A DNA stretch of 64,000 nt from positions 864,001-928,000 of the forward strand of contig CBDFJG010000004.1 in the NCBI GenBank assembly GCA_965248445.1. The letters run 5' to 3'. This DNA comes from Planctomycetota bacterium. GTDB lineage: Bacteria > Planctomycetota > JAJSAM01 > JAJVHW01. Below the pieces are notes generated by a model. It searched no databases, was not told the origin of the DNA, and was given only the letters and a program-made list of their open reading frames with translations. The translations under genes were made by a program, and so were the position numbers. This document shows, in pieces, positions 58,654 to 64,000 of the stretch (the stretch's first letter is position 1; every line of letters begins with the position of its first letter).

Positions 58654-59571
58654 ATGTCCGGACGCCTGATTCCCGCTTTGCTTCTCGTCGGACTCGGTGC
58701 CGTCGTCGGTGGCGTGGTGGGGGCGCTCGTGGCGGGTGGTCCGCGCGGGGACAGCGTGACGACAGATCCGGACGGCGACGCAGGCGCGACCGAGACGCGG
58801 GTCGACGACGTCGAGCAGCGCCTCGTGGTTCTCGAGAAGCGCACGTCTGGGCGAGTGCGCGCGGACGTCGCTCGCGACGACGCGCCGGCTAGCGGCGCTG
58901 ACGCACGCCCAGCCATCGACATGTGGCGGTAGAGCGGCGACGGCGCCGCGGGCGACGTTGGCGTCACGGCAGACTTCGTGAAGGCCGTGCGCGAGGCGAT
59001 CGACACGATCCGCAGCGAGGACGCCGTCGCCGCCACGGAGCGCAAGCGCGCCGCAGACTTCAAGAACAGGATGGGTGAGGTCGATCGACGGCTGCGCGAC
59101 TACAAGGCGAAGCTCGAACTGACGGATGCGGAGGCGACTGCATTCAGGGCCGCTGCGGAGGCGGGGCTCGAACGGCACCTGGTCGCGCAGGCGGACGGCG
59201 CTTCGCGTGAGGACCTCGCCGCGATCGACCGGGAGAAGGAGCGCGCCTACCGTGAGATCCTCGGCAACGCCAAGCATCGCGAATTCCGCAAGCTCGAGAT
59301 CGACCACCTCGCACGGCCGGTGATCGTGGACGCCGCGAACCGCGCCGGTGTTGACAGCCACCAGCGGGATCAGATCGAGCGATTGCTCTCCGATCACATC
59401 GAGCGCTACGTCGATCCAGAGATCCGCCTCCGCACCGAGGAACTGGACGCCGCGACGCGCGGCTCGATCATGAAGGACATGAAAGAGGCCAACCGCGCGG
59501 CGTGGGACCGGCTACGCAACCAGATTCTCACACCGGAGCAGCGCGAGCGCGTCCCCGTCCGACTGCGCTAG
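58654..59571 (+). CDS. Hypothetical membrane-anchored helical protein interrupted by in-frame TAG (58930-32)
   Basis: N-terminal TM; both halves are in the same frame. Confidence 0.55.
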
Positions 59572-59590
59572 CCACGAACCGGCCCTCTCG

Positions 59591-60739
59591 ATGAGCGCCC
59601 GCTCCGCCTGTCCGATCGCCGCGCCCGAGGAGCAGCCCGTCACGTTCGTCGAGCTGTTCTTCGATCTCGTGTTCGTGTTCTCACTCACGAAAGTCGTGGG
59701 GTTGCTGCATCACGACTTCGGCTGGGCGGCCGCAGGACGCGCCGCGCTCGTGTTCTGGCTCGTGTGGTGGGCGTGGACGCAGTTCACGTGGGCACTGAAC
59801 GCGGCGGACACCAAGCACACACTCGTGCGTCTCGGAACGCTACTTGCCACCGCCGTCACGTTCTTCATGGCGATCGCCGTGCCAGAGGCGATGGGCGAGC
59901 GCTCTCTCTGGTTTGCGGTCTCCTACGTGATCGTGCGCGCCATCGGGCTCGGCATGTACCTGTGGGTCGTCTGGTGGCACTCCGCTCACCGACGTGCCGT
60001 GATCAGCTTTGCGGCCATGTCGGCGTTCGGACTCTGCGCTGTGCTGGCCGGCGGTGCCGTCGGCGGCACCGCCCAGTACGGCCTATGGGGTCTGGCGATC
60101 GCTCTCGACGTTCTCGCCGGTCTCGTCAGCACGAAGAAGGAGGGCTTCCGGGTTCAGCCCGCGCACTTCGGCGAGCGCCACGCGTTGTTCGTGATCATCG
60201 CTCTGGGCGAGACGCTCGTCGTTGCAGCAGGGGGAGTCACTGGGGCCGCGTGGACGATCGACGTCCTCGAGATCGCTGCGCTCGCGGTCGCGACCACGTG
60301 CGCCCTCTGGTGGACGTACTTCCCGCTCTCCAAGCCTCGTCTGGAGGGCGCTCTGCACGCGCAGTCCGCGGCGTCGCAGAGCAACATCGCCGGCGACGCA
60401 TTCAGCTTGCTCCACTTTCCCGTGCTGTGTGGCATCGTCGCTTTCGCGCTGGCGGTGGAGCAGTCGCTTGCGCACGCGGGTCAGACGATGCCGCGGGAAG
60501 GCACGGCCGCGCTGGCCGCGTCGGTACTCCTCTTCGTCGGCGGGACCGGTCTCGCGCTCTGGCGAGCGACGGGCCGAGTCCCCTTCGCGCGACTCGCCCT
60601 TGCGGCAGCAACAGGGCTCACCATTGCGTTTGCGCGCGGAATCTCCGTTCACACCTCGCTGGTGATCGCGCTGGCCGGCGCGACCGCCGTGGCGGTATTC
60701 GAGCAGGTCACTGCTCGCTCGTCGGCCGCCACGACGTAG
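59591..60739 (+). CDS. ltrA: Low temperature requirement protein A
   Basis: VTFVELFFDLVFVF, HFGERHALFVIIALGE, LWWTYF. Confidence 0.93.
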   Translation: MSARSACPIAAPEEQPVTFVELFFDLVFVFSLTKVVGLLHHDFGWAAAGRAALVFWLVWWAWTQFTWALNAADTKHTLVRLGTLLATAVTFFMAIAVPEAMGERSLWFAVSYVIVRAIGLGMYLWVVWWHSAHRRAVISFAAMSAFGLCAVLAGGAVGGTAQYGLWGLAIALDVLAGLVSTKKEGFRVQPAHFGERHALFVIIALGETLVVAAGGVTGAAWTIDVLEIAALAVATTCALWWTYFPLSKPRLEGALHAQSAASQSNIAGDAFSLLHFPVLCGIVAFALAVEQSLAHAGQTMPREGTAALAASVLLFVGGTGLALWRATGRVPFARLALAAATGLTIAFARGISVHTSLVIALAGATAVAVFEQVTARSSAATT

Positions 60740-60758
60740 GTACCTGCCGCGGTGGCGG

Positions 60759-61769
60759 CTACCGGCCGCGTCCGCCGCGTCCGCCGCCAGGACCGGGCCC
60801 GCCCATCTCCTTCATCGGATCCGACTCGGTGTAGCCGTCCGGGCGGGTGACGAACACAGCGTCGCCGTGAGTTGCCTCCTCGGCGCTCTTGACTCGCGTG
60901 GTCTCGGTGATCTTGCCCTCGTCGTACGTCACGGTGACCCACGGGAAGCCCTTGATGTGCTCCATCTCGTCGGCGAACCCGAAGCGGCGGGTCTGGCCGG
61001 GGATGTTCTTGGGCATCAGGTCCATGATCTTCTGCATGTACTTCGCGAACGCCATGTAGGACTCGCGCGCCTCCGCGGTCGCGCCGGAGGCAGGGAGCGT
61101 GTAGACGTGCCGCTTGAGCACGCCGCTCGGGTCCTTGACGCTCCACTTCGTGTACGTCTTGCCCTCGAACGTCGCGCCGCCCTCGTTGGTGTAGGTGTCG
61201 TGCGGCGGCTTGCCGTCCGCGGCCTTGGGCTGCTTCATCTTCTCGAGGTTCTTGATCGGGTCTTCGAGCATCTTGCGGACGCTGTCCGGCGTTCCCGCCG
61301 GGAGACTCGCGAGCGACTGCTTGAGCCGCGCGATCGAGGCGTCGATGTCACCGCCCGCACCACCCGCACCACCGGGAACGCCGCTGCCCACACCGCCCAT
61401 GCCTCCACCCATGCGGTTGCGCATCGCCTCCATGCGCTTCAGCATCTCTTTCATCTTCTCCTCGGTCATGAGCTGGAACGTCTTCTTCTCATGGTCGAGG
61501 ACGCCCATCTCCTTGCCGTTGAAGGCCGTCGACGAGGTCTTCCCGGTCGGGTCCTCGGCCGATGGCGTCGTCATGGCGAGCTTGTCGCCCTCGGCCTTGA
61601 CGACGCTCGTCATCTTCACTTCTTTGGCTTCCCCAGCCGGTGCCGGCATGCCCGGGTACATGGGCTTGGGCATCTCCTTCGACGTGGTCTCGATGGTGAG
61701 GGTGGCGCCGGCGCTCGCCGTCGCGGCGAACATGGCGACGAGCGCCGTGGCGATGAGTTTGCGTCGCAT
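60759..61769 (-). CDS. Secreted protein, DUF4412-like
   Basis: Signal peptide; VLDHEKKTFQLM; GFP...FVTRPDGY. Confidence 0.55.
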   Translation of the reverse strand: MRRKLIATALVAMFAATASAGATLTIETTSKEMPKPMYPGMPAPAGEAKEVKMTSVVKAEGDKLAMTTPSAEDPTGKTSSTAFNGKEMGVLDHEKKTFQLMTEEKMKEMLKRMEAMRNRMGGGMGGVGSGVPGGAGGAGGDIDASIARLKQSLASLPAGTPDSVRKMLEDPIKNLEKMKQPKAADGKPPHDTYTNEGGATFEGKTYTKWSVKDPSGVLKRHVYTLPASGATAEARESYMAFAKYMQKIMDLMPKNIPGQTRRFGFADEMEHIKGFPWVTVTYDEGKITETTRVKSAEEATHGDAVFVTRPDGYTESDPMKEMGGPGPGGGRGGRGR

Positions 61770-61884
61770 GTGGGTCTCCTCCTCTTCCTCCGCCTTGGGC
61801 CCGGCAGTATAGGGCGCACTAGGCTCCATGACTCCCGATCGCACCCGAACCGGAGGCCCTCCCGCACGTTCGCATCGGGCAAGG

Positions 61885-63309
61885 ATGCGTTACCTCGTTC
61901 TGATCTGCTTCCTCACGTGCCTCGGCGCCGCATGGATGGTGTTCGAGCAGCCGGCCCGGCCCGCGCCGCAGGTGATACAGCCCGAGCCGGAGGAGGCCGG
62001 CGGTCCAGCCACAGTCTCTCCAGCGCCCGACCGTGCCCGCGTCGTCCAGCCCGCCGCAGCTGCCCGGGGCGACCGGTACCGCCACAGGGATCGCGTGGTG
62101 ATCCACGGAACGCTCGAGGACTTCGAGAGGGTCAATAACGTCATCTTCCGCATCGACGGCCAGGTCGTCCCTCTGCCGATCTCGTTGCGGAGCGGACTGC
62201 ACCGCGTGGAGATCACGGCCGGGCAAAGACGGCTGGTGCGAGAAGTCGAGATCCGGCCAGGTGAGTCGACCGATGCCCGCTCCGGCACTCTTGTGTGGAC
62301 CGCGACGCACTGCGAAGGCGAGAGTTCGGACCGGAAGTCCTGTCCGGAATCCCTCTGCTGGATGGCTCGCCACCAGGAATGGGACGGTTCGTTCCGCGCC
62401 GCGATGTACCAGCGGCAGTGCGACACGGAGGCGTGCCGCGCCGCCGGTGCCGTGCGCGGCGTCGACGACGCGCAGTCGACCGGGCTCGCCCTCCTTGTGT
62501 TCCTCGGGGCCGGCGAGACGCACAACTCGGGGGCGTACAAGCCGCACGTCAAGGCCGCGCTCAAGTGGATGAAGGAGCGGCAGACCGCAAACGGTTGGCT
62601 GGTGGCCGATCGCTCCGACGTTCACGCGCACGCGATCGCGACGCTCGCCCTTACGGAGGCGTATGGGCTGACCGGAAGCCGGTTGTGGAAGGCAACTGCG
62701 CAGCGCGCGGTGGAAGCACTCGTCGACGCAGGGCGCGGGCCGGTCGGCTGGCCCGCCCGCAGCACAGATCGCCACACGGATGCCGCGACGACCGCGTGGG
62801 CGTCCTTCGTCCTGCGCTCGGCGAAGATGGCCGAGCTGAACCTGCCGGACGACGCGTGGACCGACGGAGTCGCCTCGGTGCAGGCGTTCGGCCCGCCTGC
62901 TGCGCGGCCGTTCGACGAGTGCGCGGCACTCTGCGCAGCGAGGGCGGTCTTGAGGGAGACCATCGAGCCGTCCCCGGAGTTCTCCGAAGGCATCGCACGA
63001 CTGATGGAGACCGAGCCGGGTGACGCCGCGGGTCTCGATCCGCGGGACGTGTACTTCGCGTCTGTTGCTACGTTCCAAGTCGGCCTCGTCGCTTGGAAGA
63101 CCTGGAAGAAGGTGCTCGAGGCCGTCTTGTATCGGCGTGGTGAGCAGCGAGACCTGTCGCACACCTGCGCAGCGTGGCTCCAGCGCTCGGCTCCGGAAGT
63201 GCGACGCGGCCGTCTCGCGACCACGTCGCTGACCGGTCTCAGCGCGGAGCTCTTCTACCGCTACGGGCGCGTCTTCGGTGCCTCCTCCACGCGCTATCCG
63301 CGCCGATGA
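61885..63309 (+). CDS. Prenyltransferase/squalene-cyclase-repeat protein with PEGA-like N-terminal domain
   Basis: QW-like repeats WMARHQEWDGSF and WMKERQTANGW; TGLALLVFLGAG; HAIATLALTEAYG. Confidence 0.7.
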   Translation: MRYLVLICFLTCLGAAWMVFEQPARPAPQVIQPEPEEAGGPATVSPAPDRARVVQPAAAARGDRYRHRDRVVIHGTLEDFERVNNVIFRIDGQVVPLPISLRSGLHRVEITAGQRRLVREVEIRPGESTDARSGTLVWTATHCEGESSDRKSCPESLCWMARHQEWDGSFRAAMYQRQCDTEACRAAGAVRGVDDAQSTGLALLVFLGAGETHNSGAYKPHVKAALKWMKERQTANGWLVADRSDVHAHAIATLALTEAYGLTGSRLWKATAQRAVEALVDAGRGPVGWPARSTDRHTDAATTAWASFVLRSAKMAELNLPDDAWTDGVASVQAFGPPAARPFDECAALCAARAVLRETIEPSPEFSEGIARLMETEPGDAAGLDPRDVYFASVATFQVGLVAWKTWKKVLEAVLYRRGEQRDLSHTCAAWLQRSAPEVRRGRLATTSLTGLSAELFYRYGRVFGASSTRYPRR

Positions 63310-63373
63310 TCAGAGGATGAGCGGCGCGATGTTGGGGAAGACGTTGTCCGTGTACGTCTGTTCGGCGTCGAGC

Positions 63374-63646
63374 CTACCCGCCGCTCAGCGCCTGGAGAAT
63401 GTGGACCTCTTGATGAGCGGCGATCGGGTGTTCCAGTGTGCGCGCCAGTTCGCCGCCGACGAACACGTTGACGTGCGGGCGCACGCGGTCCTGCTCGTCC
63501 ACGACCCGGAAGCGGATCCCCGGATAGCGGGCCTCGAGGTCGGCCATCAACTCGCCGACCGTCGATCCGGAGGATTCGATCGTGTGCGTCGAAGACCCGC
63601 TGCCGCCGGTGTAGTGGTGCAGGATCGACGCTACGTGGACCTGCAT
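63374..63646 (-). CDS. MoaD/ThiS family ubiquitin-like protein
   Basis: TVGELMADLEARYPG...HVNVFV...LQALSGG C-terminal GG. Confidence 0.9.
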   Translation of the reverse strand: MQVHVASILHHYTGGSGSSTHTIESSGSTVGELMADLEARYPGIRFRVVDEQDRVRPHVNVFVGGELARTLEHPIAAHQEVHILQALSGG

Positions 63647-64000
63647 CACGCGCGGCCGGTCGTGATCGAGTAGACGTGCGGCAGGTTGAGCGAGAGCGCG
63701 CTCCACGAGGCGCCCTCGTCGAGGCTGTGCCACACCTGGCCGCCGGTCGTGCCGAAGTACAGGCCAAGCGGATCGCCGTCGTCGCACGCCATCGACTGGC
63801 GCTTGACGGTCCAGAACGCGTCGGTGGCGGGGAAGCCCGTGTCCTGACGCTCCCACGTCTCGCCCCCGTTGCGCGTGCGGTACACGCTCGGCCGTCCACC
63901 CGGGCTGGTTCGTGGCCAGACCTGGCTGCCGTTCATCGGCAGCACCCACACGGTGTCGGGGTCACGCGGGTGCAGGACGACGGGGAACCCTATGTCGCCG
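63646..64000 (-). CDS. BNR/Asp-box beta-propeller protein (3' part only)
   Basis: YRTRNGGETW and WHSLDEGASW Asp-boxes; LYFGTTGG. Confidence 0.85.
   Translation of the reverse strand, partial: GDIGFPVVLHPRDPDTVWVLPMNGSQVWPRTSPGGRPSVYRTRNGGETWERQDTGFPATDAFWTVKRQSMACDDGDPLGLYFGTTGGQVWHSLDEGASWSALSLNLPHVYSITTGRA

Overview
GC-rich bacterial chromosomal window. The gene families (PEP-CTERM/exosortase, HEAT-repeat and prenyltransferase-repeat proteins) suggest Planctomycetota, which is an inference. Left to right: (1) nfeD-SPFH operon followed by a giant TPM/coiled-coil membrane protein and a ferredoxin-MBL hydrolase; (2) a GT2 glycosyltransferase translationally coupled to a non-canonical NRPS (A-A-T-C-T-TE); (3) an IS1595 with an 8-bp target duplication, then a PEP-CTERM/exosortase/EpsI/TPR locus; (4) an 8.3-kb nest of six IS copies (three IS66, two IS3, one IS1380); (5) an ~11-kb non-contractile phage TAIL-ONLY operon on the minus strand (tube, endonuclease VII, G/GT chaperones, tape measure, DUF2460, gpL-like, gpJ-like, FN3 fibre, holin-like, lipoprotein) with no capsid, portal, terminase, integrase or endolysin in the window, bracketed by inverted IS1380 copies and divergent from a small basic protein; (6) an att-like hairpin and a 5'-truncated ggt; (7) core-like genes: thioredoxin-HEAT, Coa1, vWA plus kinase, M16 protease, UbiB/ABC1, DeaD, GNAT, methyltransferase, LtrA, DUF4412-like, prenyltransferase-repeat, MoaD-like and BNR. 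Several 1-2 bp indels suggest assembly error rather than true pseudogenes. The best candidates for an undescribed system are the tail-only (F-tailocin-like) module and the GT2-coupled tandem-A NRPS beside the exosortase locus. All family calls are from motif recognition; no searches were run.
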